Source of the DNA: Bacteroidota bacterium
GTDB lineage: Bacteria > Bacteroidota > Rhodothermia > Balneolales > HLUCCA01
Assembly (NCBI GenBank): GCA_020832235.1
Contig: JAFIEZ010000003.1
Span: 464,264-528,263, forward strand
DNA length: 64,000 bases
Direction: 5' to 3'
The notes under the pieces are model-generated. The model saw only the letters and a program-made list of their open reading frames with translations. It searched no databases and was not told the origin of the DNA. Positions 19,106-28,379 of the stretch are shown here, piece after piece (position 1 is the stretch's first letter; each line of letters starts with the position of its first letter). Both the position numbers and the translations under genes were made by a program.

Positions 19106-20422
19106 ATGGACTTATGGTTGACAACGTTAAGAGCTGGCGACCTATTCACAGATTTCGCTGTTTTAGGATGCCTGTTGCTAGTAGGAGGATTTTTACAATA
19201 TAGCGTTCCTGTTTTTAAACGAAACTACATACCTGCAAATGTTATAGCAGGATTGGTTGGTCTTATTCTGGCAACAACAGGGTTAACTTTTGGTTTAATA
19301 AGCAGTGAAAGGCTCGGTATTTACGTGTACCACTTATTAGCATTGTTATTCATCGCTCTTAGCTTGCGGGAGAATAAAAGTGGAACACGTGCTCAGAGTA
19401 TCAAGATAGGGTTGTTGTTTATTTCAACATACCTCATACAGGCCATTGTTGGACTATCCGTTGCATTTATGTTAATCTACACTGTATATCCCGATCTCTT
19501 TGCGGGTATAGGTCTGCTGATGCCACTGGCTTTTGGGATGAATCCAGGAATAGCATTCAGTATAGGTCAAAATTGGGAATATTTTGGCTTTGAACAGGGT
19601 GGCACTACGGGTCTTGCATTTGCTGCAATTGGGTTCACTGCAGCATATACCATTGGCATTATAATGGTAAAAAAAGGGCTGCACCAAAAAACAAGTACTC
19701 ATATTTTTGGTGATGATAGGCCTGAACCTACTGTATCGCTAAACCCCGAGACCAAGGTACTTCACTGGGCGTTAATTGGAGCGACATACCTGATTACCGT
19801 GATTGTATTAAATGGTGTGGAAATCGTTTTGAAAACTGTGAATATGGATCATGAAATTACCACGCTTTGGTCGTTTCACTTCATTTTTGCTGCACTGACA
19901 GCTCTATTATTCAGAAAAATAATCGATTTCATGAGCTTGAGTCACTGGATTCATGATAAAGAATTATCGGATAATGGAAATATATTAATGGATTTTATGG
20001 TTGTAGCGTCAATAAGTGCCATAACAATAGCAGTTATCAAGCAATATTGGTTAGCACTTATGGTAATGAGCATACTCGTTACCATAGTTACTTGGTTTTA
20101 CCTGAGTAGAATTACACGAATGCTGTACAAGGAACAGGCTCTTGAACGTAACGTTGCCATTTTTGGTAACATGACTGGTACAATGCAGTCAGCACTTGTT
20201 CTATTGCGAATTGTAGACCCGGAACACAAAACCTCTGTTAGCCAGGAGCTTGTCTATGGAAGCGGTCTTGCGTTATTATTCGGCTTCCCCTTACTGCTCA
20301 TCATAAATGCACCTGTACTTTACTTTGAAAACGTCCTAACCGGATTTTGGTTTAGTCTATTGCTGATTATACTATACTTAGCAATAATCATGCTGGCTAT
20401 TTGGCGTTTACGCAGCAGGTAG
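19106..20422 (+). CDS. polytopic membrane transporter, sodium/glutamate symporter (GltS)-like
   Basis: 438 aa and very hydrophobic. The N-terminal segment KRNYIPANVIAGLVGLIL resembles the GltS N-terminus. Starts 1 nt after the acyltransferase stop. Confidence 0.45.
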   Translation: MDLWLTTLRAGDLFTDFAVLGCLLLVGGFLQYSVPVFKRNYIPANVIAGLVGLILATTGLTFGLISSERLGIYVYHLLALLFIALSLRENKSGTRAQSIKIGLLFISTYLIQAIVGLSVAFMLIYTVYPDLFAGIGLLMPLAFGMNPGIAFSIGQNWEYFGFEQGGTTGLAFAAIGFTAAYTIGIIMVKKGLHQKTSTHIFGDDRPEPTVSLNPETKVLHWALIGATYLITVIVLNGVEIVLKTVNMDHEITTLWSFHFIFAALTALLFRKIIDFMSLSHWIHDKELSDNGNILMDFMVVASISAITIAVIKQYWLALMVMSILVTIVTWFYLSRITRMLYKEQALERNVAIFGNMTGTMQSALVLLRIVDPEHKTSVSQELVYGSGLALLFGFPLLLIINAPVLYFENVLTGFWFSLLLIILYLAIIMLAIWRLRSR

Positions 20423-20486
20423 TATATTTTTATCAACAAAATATTGAAAGAGACACCTATTTCATACCAAACAAACTCCTGAGACT

Positions 20487-20960
20487 ATGAATAGCAAAAA
20501 AGGGCAAGAAAGCAGAGTGCCAATATCATTCAACAAAAGCGAGTATAGGGTTTTGGTTCATGCTGTTTACCAGCAATTATTCATGTTAGAGAGTCTTGTT
20601 GACCATCAAAACACTAAGGAATTCGAAAACTTGAATTCCCTCAGCTCAAAACTGATAAAATACGCACCAGAGTTTGCGTCTGGCGATCTAATTGCAAGAG
20701 ATGTGATTGAGAATACAATATATCCTAACTCCGCTTTTTTGGATCTGGTGATGCAAATGATTAATGAGTATGATGAAGTATCTTTTTGGGAAGAGCTTAC
20801 CCATCGCCTGGCCGAACGAGATTTATTAAGAGATTACAAGGGGAAGGAGCTTACCAAGCTATCTGAAGAAGAATACCTCGAACTTCTTTCCGAAAAACTT
20901 GTGTATTACACAAAACTGTTCGGTGAAAATGGTCTTGAGAACGTGGAATTGAAGGACTAA
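20487..20960 (+). CDS. hypothetical helical protein
   Basis: 157-aa ORF. I recognise no motif. Confidence 0.4.
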   Translation: MNSKKGQESRVPISFNKSEYRVLVHAVYQQLFMLESLVDHQNTKEFENLNSLSSKLIKYAPEFASGDLIARDVIENTIYPNSAFLDLVMQMINEYDEVSFWEELTHRLAERDLLRDYKGKELTKLSEEEYLELLSEKLVYYTKLFGENGLENVELKD

Positions 20961-21460
20961 CCTTTGCTGTCACTCAGGTTTACAACATCCATATTCTTTA
21001 GTTTTCCATTATCAACATCGAATCTGACTATAGTTCTGTAAAGTTGAAACCCATGTCGCCCTGCAGCACCGGGGTTCAGGTAGAGCATATTATTAAGTGC
21101 TCTGTCTCTCACTATCTTTAGAATATGGGAATGACCACAGATAAAAACGTCAGGGGTGTCAGACTTTAATTGTGGGTGCACCGGAAGTGCATATCTTCCA
21201 GGGTGGCCACCTATGTGAGTCATAAAGAAATCTACCCCTTCTACTTCCCTTCTCAGAACCAATGGAAATTCCTGACGAATATCTTGTCCGTCGATATTAC
21301 CATAAACACCAAAAACGGGCGCAATTTCCCTCAACTGGTCAGCTATTGTTAGCGTACCAAAGTCGCCAGCGTGCCAAATTTCATCACACTCCTTAAAATA
21401 ATCTGGGATACTCGGGTCTAGATAATTATGCGTATCTGACAAAAGTCCAATTTTTTTCAT
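20957..21460 (-). CDS. YfcE/MJ0936-family metallophosphoesterase
   Basis: 167 aa. SDTHN, HAGD, GNID, HIGGH and CGHSH motifs. Confidence 0.85.
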   Translation of the reverse strand: MKKIGLLSDTHNYLDPSIPDYFKECDEIWHAGDFGTLTIADQLREIAPVFGVYGNIDGQDIRQEFPLVLRREVEGVDFFMTHIGGHPGRYALPVHPQLKSDTPDVFICGHSHILKIVRDRALNNMLYLNPGAAGRHGFQLYRTIVRFDVDNGKLKNMDVVNLSDSKG

Positions 21461-21550
21461 GTATTGTATTTTTTAAACATCGATAAATATACCGTATGCT
21501 TAAGAGAAGTTCGAAATAACTACTGGGATATTTCTATATTTTAACAGTTT

Positions 21551-22585
21551 ATGCAAGGATTCAGCATCATTATTGTTACATGGAACGCGCTGCATCACCT
21601 ACAGCGATTTTTGCCATCGGTAGTGCAGACGCAATACCATGAGTACGAAATTATTATTTCGGATAATGCATCTACGGATGGTTCTGCAGACTGGGTTCGC
21701 TCTGAATATCCGGAAATTAAAATAGTTACACATGAAGAAAACTATGGTTATTGTGGTGGGAATAATCGTGCGGTAGACGCTGCCCATTACAATACACTTG
21801 TTTTTTTGAATAATGATGTTGCTGTTGAACCAGACTGGTTGCAGCATGTAGCCAAGCTTATGGCAGATAACCCACTCATAGATGCTGTACAACCACGGAT
21901 ACGTTCTTATGAAAATCCTGAGCAATTTGAATATGCCGGTGCCGCCGGTGGATTCATAGATAAACTTGGGTACCCTTATTGCAGGGGGCGCATTTTCGAT
22001 ACCGTTGAGTCTGATAATAACCAGTATGATAAAGCAACTCCAATTTTCTGGGCTTCTGGAGCTGCTTTGGTAATAAAAAAAACAATATTCACAACACTCG
22101 GTGGATTTGAAGAAAGCTTTGAATTTCACATGGAAGAAATTGATCTTTGCTGGAGGCTTCAGTTGCGAGGCAGACAGGTCTGGTACTGTCCGAATAGTGT
22201 AGTTTATCACCTTGGTGGAGGAAGTCTATCGGCTGACAATCCAAGAAAAGTCTACTATAACTTCAGAAACAATTTACTGATGCTGGTTCGTAATCATCCC
22301 TCCAGGCACCTGTTTCGTAATATGCTGCTCAGGCTTTTATTGGATGATGTGGCAACCATTCGATTTCTTACTCGTGGCAAATTCACTCACGCACTAGCAG
22401 TTATAAAAGCATTTTTCGGCTTTCTACGCAGATTGCCAAAGGCTATGCACTATAGAAGAGGTAATGACGTTAATTCATCCATTTTGGTCGAACCTAGTAA
22501 TTACTCTATTCTGTGGCAATATTTTGTTCGGAAAAAAGGCAACTACAACGACCTGCCCGGACACGATTATGTGCACTCCCGGTAA
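21551..22585 (+). CDS. family-2 glycosyltransferase
   Basis: 344 aa. IIIVTWN, ISDNASTDGS, NNDV, and the EEIDLCWR motif of the rhamnosyltransferase-like GT2 group. Confidence 0.85.
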   Translation: MQGFSIIIVTWNALHHLQRFLPSVVQTQYHEYEIIISDNASTDGSADWVRSEYPEIKIVTHEENYGYCGGNNRAVDAAHYNTLVFLNNDVAVEPDWLQHVAKLMADNPLIDAVQPRIRSYENPEQFEYAGAAGGFIDKLGYPYCRGRIFDTVESDNNQYDKATPIFWASGAALVIKKTIFTTLGGFEESFEFHMEEIDLCWRLQLRGRQVWYCPNSVVYHLGGGSLSADNPRKVYYNFRNNLLMLVRNHPSRHLFRNMLLRLLLDDVATIRFLTRGKFTHALAVIKAFFGFLRRLPKAMHYRRGNDVNSSILVEPSNYSILWQYFVRKKGNYNDLPGHDYVHSR

Positions 22586-22674
22586 GCAATTAATCCACAC
22601 CTTTTCAACATTGCTCCATTCGAAAGTAAGAATTTCAGTATCTTCAGCATCCCAAACACCAAAAGTTTTAAAAG

Positions 22675-23571
22675 ATGAAATCTGATTTTAGGCACATTAT
22701 CCCTATAGATAAAGTCGGGATTGAGGAACGAGTAGCGCGTTTTAATACCAGAAGTATAAAAAAAGAGTCAAAAATGTTCGCTATGCGTCTTGCGATGCAG
22801 ATGATTGACTTGACCACTCTTGAAGGGATGGATACTGATCGCAAAGTTGAACAATTATGCAATAAGGCCATTCGTCCCTTCAATGGGCCGCACGAAATTC
22901 CCAAAGTTGCTGCAATATGCGTTTATCCTCCATTCGTGAGTACTGCAAAAAAAGCTCTTGGTGATTCTGGCGTACACGTAGCAAGTGTAGCTACATCCTT
23001 TCCTAGTGGTCATGCCAGCATGAGTGAGAAAATTGCCGAGGTTAAGTATTGTGTAAATGAAGGAGCCGACGAAATAGATATGGTTATTTCCAGAGGTGAG
23101 TTTTTAAAAGGCAACTACAATTTCACGTTTGACGAGGTTTGCCAGATTAAAGAAGCTTGTGGAAAAGCACACTTGAAGGTGATACTCGAAACAGGTGAAC
23201 TTCAAACACTCGAAAATGTGCGCAAAGCTAGTGATATAGCAATGTATGCGGGTGCCGATTTCATAAAAACATCAACCGGAAAAGTATCCCCGGCAGCAAC
23301 CCAACCGGTTACTCTTGTTATGCTTGAAGCTATACGCGATTACTATTTAAAAACAGGCATTAAAATTGGCATGAAGCCAGCCGGTGGTATACGAGATACC
23401 AAAACGGCCTTGCGTTATCTGGTAATGGTGAAAGAGACACTTGGCAGCGATTGGCTAAACCCAGATTTGTTCCGTTTTGGAGCCAGTGCACTAGCAAATG
23501 ATTTAATCATGCAAATTGTCAAGCAAGAAACTGGAGTTTATCAATCAGGCGACTACTTCTCAAAGGACTAA
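22675..23571 (+). CDS. deoC: deoxyribose-phosphate aldolase (long form)
   Basis: 298 aa. MIDLTTLEG, FPSGH, EIDMVI, and the Schiff-base region FIKTSTGK. Confidence 0.85.
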   Translation: MKSDFRHIIPIDKVGIEERVARFNTRSIKKESKMFAMRLAMQMIDLTTLEGMDTDRKVEQLCNKAIRPFNGPHEIPKVAAICVYPPFVSTAKKALGDSGVHVASVATSFPSGHASMSEKIAEVKYCVNEGADEIDMVISRGEFLKGNYNFTFDEVCQIKEACGKAHLKVILETGELQTLENVRKASDIAMYAGADFIKTSTGKVSPAATQPVTLVMLEAIRDYYLKTGIKIGMKPAGGIRDTKTALRYLVMVKETLGSDWLNPDLFRFGASALANDLIMQIVKQETGVYQSGDYFSKD

Positions 23572-23573
23572 TT

Positions 23574-25055
23574 ATGCAAAATTCTTCAATAAAAACGGGT
23601 GTAACCATCGATTTTAATAAAATATGGTCATACGCTCCTGCTCCCGAAAGTGCTGACCATGTACACATTAAACCCACCTATGATCTTTATATTGGTGGTA
23701 AATTTGTTAAACCTAAGTCAGGAACTTATTTTAAAACAATCAATCCGGCCAACGAACAAGTTTTATCTGAAGTAGCTGAAGCGAATGAAGAGGATGTAGA
23801 TATTGCAGTAAAAGTTGCTGGAAAAGCCTTTCCTATGTGGTCTGGCCTTCCCGGAAGTGAGCGTGCTAAATATTTATATAGAATCGCTCGGTTAATACAG
23901 GAACGTGCACGTGAATTTGCAGTAATTGAGTCGTTAGACGGTGGAAAACCCATTCGAGAATCTCGTGATATTGATATACCATTAGCTGCGGCACATTTCT
24001 TTTATTATGCAGGTTGGGCTGACAAACTGATTTATGCATTCCCGGGTACAAACCCTAAGCCTATGGGTGTAGCCGGGCAGATAATTCCCTGGAATTTCCC
24101 CTTATTAATGGCTGCGTGGAAAATAGCGCCAGCACTTGCAACCGGAAATACCGTGGTACTAAAACCGGCCGAATCTACCCCATTAACTGCTCTTAAGCTC
24201 GCTGAAATTGTTCATGAAGCCGGCCTGCCGGACGGGGTGGTCAATATTGTAACTGGAGCGGGGAAAACAGGTGCTGCAATTGTAGAACATCCAGAAATCA
24301 ACAAAATTGCTTTTACGGGTTCCACAAAAGTCGGCAAAATTATCCAAAATGCAGTTGCAGGAACAAATAAATCGTATACCCTGGAGTTGGGTGGAAAAAC
24401 TGCAAATATCATTTTTGAAGACGCTGCAATCAATCAGGCTGTGGAGGGTATCGTAAATGGGATTTTCTTCAATCAAGGCCACGTATGCTGCGCAGGTTCT
24501 CGCCTTTTGGTTCAGGAGAGTGTTGCTGAGGAGGTAATTCACAAACTCAAACTACGCATGGATACACTAATTGTAGGTGATCCACTAGACAAAAATACAG
24601 ATATAGGTGCCATCAATTCTAAAATTCAGTATGAAAAAATTAACGAATATTTGAAAATTGGTCAGAACGAGGGGGCCGTTATGTATCAGCCAGAAAGCAG
24701 CCTTCCCGAAAAAGGTTATTTCTGCAGACCCACCATTTTCACAGGTGTATCTCAGTCAAATCGTATTGTGCAAGAAGAAATCTTCGGGCCTGTTCTAACC
24801 ATTCAAACATTCCGCACTCCTGATGAGGCATTAGAAAAAGCAAACAATACCCCCTACGGATTATCTGGAGGTGTTTGGACAGATAAAGGATCCAAAATAT
24901 TTAACATTACTACCAAGTTGCGTGCTGGTGTTATATGGGCAAATACGTATAACAAATTCGACCCTACCTCTCCATTCGGAGGGTATAAGGAAAGTGGTGT
25001 AGGCCGTGAAGGAGGCTTACACGGACTTTTGGCCTACTTAAATTTGGATATTTAA
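23574..25055 (+). CDS. NAD(P)-dependent aldehyde dehydrogenase
   Basis: 493 aa. PWNFPL, LELGGK (general-base Glu), and FFNQGHVCCAGSR (catalytic Cys). Confidence 0.9.
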   Translation: MQNSSIKTGVTIDFNKIWSYAPAPESADHVHIKPTYDLYIGGKFVKPKSGTYFKTINPANEQVLSEVAEANEEDVDIAVKVAGKAFPMWSGLPGSERAKYLYRIARLIQERAREFAVIESLDGGKPIRESRDIDIPLAAAHFFYYAGWADKLIYAFPGTNPKPMGVAGQIIPWNFPLLMAAWKIAPALATGNTVVLKPAESTPLTALKLAEIVHEAGLPDGVVNIVTGAGKTGAAIVEHPEINKIAFTGSTKVGKIIQNAVAGTNKSYTLELGGKTANIIFEDAAINQAVEGIVNGIFFNQGHVCCAGSRLLVQESVAEEVIHKLKLRMDTLIVGDPLDKNTDIGAINSKIQYEKINEYLKIGQNEGAVMYQPESSLPEKGYFCRPTIFTGVSQSNRIVQEEIFGPVLTIQTFRTPDEALEKANNTPYGLSGGVWTDKGSKIFNITTKLRAGVIWANTYNKFDPTSPFGGYKESGVGREGGLHGLLAYLNLDI

Positions 25056-25068
25056 CGCCTACAATATT

Positions 25069-25932
25069 ATGCAAAATAGAATTCCCGTTTTGAAAACGTA
25101 TAAGATTTATATCGCTGGAAAATTTGAACGTTCTGAGTCCGGTCGATACTATGCCCTAAAAGATAAATCCGGAAACCAGATAGCAAATATTTGTTTATCG
25201 AGCAGAAAAGATTTTAGGAACGCTGTTGTATCTGCGCGTAATGCTTTTGCGGGCTGGTCTGCAAAAACAGCATACAATCGTAGTCAGATACTCTACCGTA
25301 TGGCCGAAATGATGGAAGGAAGATCTGCGCAGTTTACGGACGAGTTAATGTTAGAAGGTTTAACAAGAAAAGCAGCCGAAACCCAAGTGGCTGAATCTAT
25401 TGACTGTTTAATATACTACGCTGGTTGGTGCGATAAATATCAGCAAGTGTTTGGTAGTGTTAATCCGGTAGCATCATCACACTTTAATTTTTCTGTACCC
25501 GAACCAGTTGGTGTTGTAAGTATCATTGCTCCTGAGATGAATACGCTAATCGGACTAGTAACGGCAACTGCCCCCGTAATAGCTAGTGGGAATACGTGTG
25601 TTGTATTGGCAAGTCAAGAAAATCCACTTTCAACCTTAACTTTTACGGAGGTTCTGGGTACTTCAGACCTACCTGGCGGCGTTATAAATATATTGACTGG
25701 TAAAAAAGGTGAATTATTAGAACCGTTTTCTAATCACATGGATGTAAACGCAGTTGCATATCACGGTGATGATAGCGAAGAACGTAAGATGATTCAACAA
25801 AACGCTGCGCTAAATGTTCGCAGAGTTAAGATTTATGACAGCAAAAAGGTGTCATTGGTAAAAGCACAAAACCCGTACAGAGTAATGGATTTTACCGAGA
25901 TTAAGACCACCTGGCATCCGATAGGTGAGTAA
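25069..25932 (+). CDS. ALDH-like protein lacking the catalytic domain
   Basis: 287 aa. The ALDH N-terminal and cofactor-domain pattern is present (IAGKF, YYAGWCDKY, PVGVVSIIAP, ASGNTCVVLAS, PGGVINILTG). There is no ELGGK or catalytic-Cys motif. It ends with an ALDH-like C-terminal strand, FTEIKTTW. Confidence 0.7.
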   Translation: MQNRIPVLKTYKIYIAGKFERSESGRYYALKDKSGNQIANICLSSRKDFRNAVVSARNAFAGWSAKTAYNRSQILYRMAEMMEGRSAQFTDELMLEGLTRKAAETQVAESIDCLIYYAGWCDKYQQVFGSVNPVASSHFNFSVPEPVGVVSIIAPEMNTLIGLVTATAPVIASGNTCVVLASQENPLSTLTFTEVLGTSDLPGGVINILTGKKGELLEPFSNHMDVNAVAYHGDDSEERKMIQQNAALNVRRVKIYDSKKVSLVKAQNPYRVMDFTEIKTTWHPIGE

Positions 25933-25944
25933 ATTCAAATAATT

Positions 25945-26487
25945 ATGGTGAGGCATTTTATTCTAGCTATTTCCTGTGTTTTTGCAGTTTACGGCTGTTC
26001 AACGACGGAAGTATTAAAGGAACCTGTTCCTGAAGAGGCTGAAACCCGTGAATCCATGACCGAAGAATTTCACTTTGGTTTTGATATCGACGATTTCAGA
26101 ATTCGTCCGACGGATGCTTTTTTCTCCGTTGAAAATGAGATACCCGAAATTTTCCAGCCTGACTCTACCCTCATTAGCGAATCCGCACGTAACGCAGGGT
26201 TTAGAATACAAATTATTTCATCTCAGGATGTACGTGAAGTTGAGGAGCTCAGAAGAAAGTTTAACCAATGGATATTTGAAGAAATCCCGCAATATGATCC
26301 GGAAACATACATCCTTTTCCGGCAACCGTTTTTCAGACTACGCGTGGGCAATTTCAGGAGCCGGGCCGAAGCAATTGAATTCAACAATATAGTTAAGCGA
26401 AAATTCCCTGAGTCGTGGGTAGTACACGACCAAATTGATCCGGAAAATATAACGCATAGAATCAGCCTTGAGAGTAATGCCGAATGA
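25945..26487 (+). CDS. SPOR-domain lipoprotein
   Basis: Lipobox AVYGC. The C-terminal GFRIQIISSQD...FFRLRVGNFRSRAEA matches the SPOR repeat pattern. Confidence 0.7.
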   Translation: MVRHFILAISCVFAVYGCSTTEVLKEPVPEEAETRESMTEEFHFGFDIDDFRIRPTDAFFSVENEIPEIFQPDSTLISESARNAGFRIQIISSQDVREVEELRRKFNQWIFEEIPQYDPETYILFRQPFFRLRVGNFRSRAEAIEFNNIVKRKFPESWVVHDQIDPENITHRISLESNAE

Positions 26488-26523
26488 ATAGCTATGATGT
26501 AGCTATTCACAGTGTGTACTGCA

Positions 26524-27624
26524 CTATACGTTGAAACGAAAGTGCATTACATCGCCATCAAAAACGGTATATTCCTTCCCTTCAGACCTCATTTTCCCTG
26601 CCTCTTTAGCTGCAGCTTCCGATCCGGCAGTAATGAAATCATCAAACTTTATAGTCTCAGCACGTATAAAACCTCGTTCAAAGTCACTGTGAATAACACC
26701 TGCAGCCTGAGGGGCTTTGAAACCTTTACGTATTGTCCACGCCCGAACTTCTTTTTCACCGGCAGTGAAATATGTGATTAATCCCAGCTCCCTGTAAGCG
26801 GCTTGAATGAGAAGGTCGAGTCCTGCACTTGGAATATTTAACTCTTCCAAGAAGACTTTTTTCTCTTCGGCATCCAGTTCAGCTATTTCTGCTTCAATTT
26901 TGGCGCATACAACTACAACTTCGGAGCCTTGTACTTGAGCGATTTCACGCACTTTATTGACGTACTCATTATTAAGTGCGTCAGGAAGATCATCTTCAGA
27001 GACATTAGTCACATAAAGTACAGGCTTTTCGGTGAGTAGGAATAAATCTGCATACGCCTGAGCATCTTCGGGCGTTACCTGAAGTGAACGTACCGGATTC
27101 CCGTCTTCAACATGAGTATGTAACCGTGAAACTACTTCCAAGTGCTGCTTGACGGTTTTATCGTTCGTTTTGGCTTGTTTACGAAGTTTATCCAGACGTT
27201 TTTCAATACTTTCTAAATCTTTAAAAAGGAGTTCAGCATCGATAATCTGGATATCTCTTGCCGGATTAATACCGCCTTCTACATGAATAACATCGTCGTC
27301 TGAGAAGCAGCGAACTACGTGCACGATAATATCAACTTCTCGAATATGCGAAAGAAAAGCATTACCCTTGCCCTTCCCTTCCGAAGCGCCTTTCACAAGA
27401 CCGGCAATATCTACAAACTCAATGGTCGCTGGTATGGTACGCTTTGGCCTCACCAACTCTGTAAGCTTATCAAGTCGAACATCAGGAACTGGAACAATGC
27501 CAACATTTGGATCTATTGTACAGAAAGGAAAGTTGGCAGCTTCTGCGCCTGCGTTGCTTAGCGCGTTAAATAAAGAGGATTTACCTACGTTGGGTAGTCC
27601 TACGATTCCACATTTGAGACTCAT
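26524..27624 (-). CDS. ychF: redox-regulated ATPase YchF
   Basis: 366 aa. [17 protein letters not shown] and a C-terminal TGS-like RAWTIRKG. Confidence 0.95.
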   Translation of the reverse strand: MSLKCGIVGLPNVGKSSLFNALSNAGAEAANFPFCTIDPNVGIVPVPDVRLDKLTELVRPKRTIPATIEFVDIAGLVKGASEGKGKGNAFLSHIREVDIIVHVVRCFSDDDVIHVEGGINPARDIQIIDAELLFKDLESIEKRLDKLRKQAKTNDKTVKQHLEVVSRLHTHVEDGNPVRSLQVTPEDAQAYADLFLLTEKPVLYVTNVSEDDLPDALNNEYVNKVREIAQVQGSEVVVVCAKIEAEIAELDAEEKKVFLEELNIPSAGLDLLIQAAYRELGLITYFTAGEKEVRAWTIRKGFKAPQAAGVIHSDFERGFIRAETIKFDDFITAGSEAAAKEAGKMRSEGKEYTVFDGDVMHFRFNV

Positions 27625-27650
27625 GTTTGAGATAGATATAAATTTATTGA

Positions 27651-28100
27651 TTAGTCAACCAGCCCTCTGCCGGTTTTATTAAAGCGACCCTGCTCTTTAA
27701 GGTTATCTCTGATTACATCAAGTAAACCATTAACAAATTTTCCAGAGTTACCCGTAGAGAATTTCTTAGCAATCTCAATTGCTTCATTAATTGTAACCTT
27801 CGTAGGAATATCATCGAAGTAAAGAAATTCACATATGGCTATGTGCAATACCAATCTGTCTACTAATGCAATCCTGTTCAAATCCCAGTTTTTAAGATTT
27901 GGACTGATAATAGTATCAAAATCCTCACTGCTACGGATGGTTTTCAGGAAAAGATTCTCGGCAAACTTCAGACCTTCTTTATCTTCTTTGGTTTCAGGTA
28001 CTAGAATTGTTTTCAGAATATGGGCCGCATCCCCCCCACCTTGATGGTGAGCATAGACAGCTTTGAGTACGGACTCGCGGAGTGATCTTCTGTTAGACAT
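27651..28100 (-). CDS. nusB: transcription antitermination factor NusB
   Basis: 149 aa. [10 protein letters not shown], and [12 protein letters not shown]...KFVNGLLD. Confidence 0.9.
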   Translation of the reverse strand: MSNRRSLRESVLKAVYAHHQGGGDAAHILKTILVPETKEDKEGLKFAENLFLKTIRSSEDFDTIISPNLKNWDLNRIALVDRLVLHIAICEFLYFDDIPTKVTINEAIEIAKKFSTGNSGKFVNGLLDVIRDNLKEQGRFNKTGRGLVD

Positions 28101-28143
28101 AAATTGTTCTTGTGCAAAGTCTCAAATATACGAAGAAATGAAC

Positions 28144-28239
28144 GACCTAAGATAATGTAGATTAGTTTTTGCATCTCGAGTATAAATATTTATGGAATAT
28201 TTCATTGTTTATAACGCGCTTCAGTGATTATCTTAGGTC
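28144..28239. repeat. 13-bp perfect inverted repeat (GACCTAAGATAAT / ATTATCTTAGGTC) bracketing 70 nt
   Basis: Arms at 28144-28156 and 28227-28239 are exact reverse complements. The right arm ends 6 nt before the tRNA-Val 5' end. Confidence 0.9.
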
Positions 28240-28245
28240 CTTGAT

Positions 28246-28319
28246 GGGTCGTTAGCTCAGTTGGTTAGAGCGCCACGTTGACATCGTGGAGGTCGATGGT
28301 TCGAATCCATTACGACCCA
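28246..28319 (+). tRNA. tRNA-Val (anticodon GAC)
   Basis: Hand-folded cloverleaf: GGGTCGT/ACGACCC acceptor, GCTC/GAGC D stem, CCACG-TTGACAT-CGTGG anticodon arm, GATGG-TTCGAAT-CCATT T arm, discriminator A. No encoded CCA. Confidence 0.92.
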
Positions 28320-28379
28320 CCCCATCAGAAAGCGCCACCAACAGCGTTATTATTTAATCGTATTTTTAAAAGCAGTTAT

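Noticed and set aside
28278-28379. N-terminal extension of ThrRS given by the ORF track (MTSWRSMVRIHYDPPHQ...)
   Set aside because: It is read through the tRNA-Val gene (28246-28319). The conserved TGS domain starts right after the ATG at 28380.
28320-28379. T-box or other riboswitch upstream of thrS
   Set aside because: The spacer is only 60 nt, with no specifier or T-box-like sequence and no terminator.
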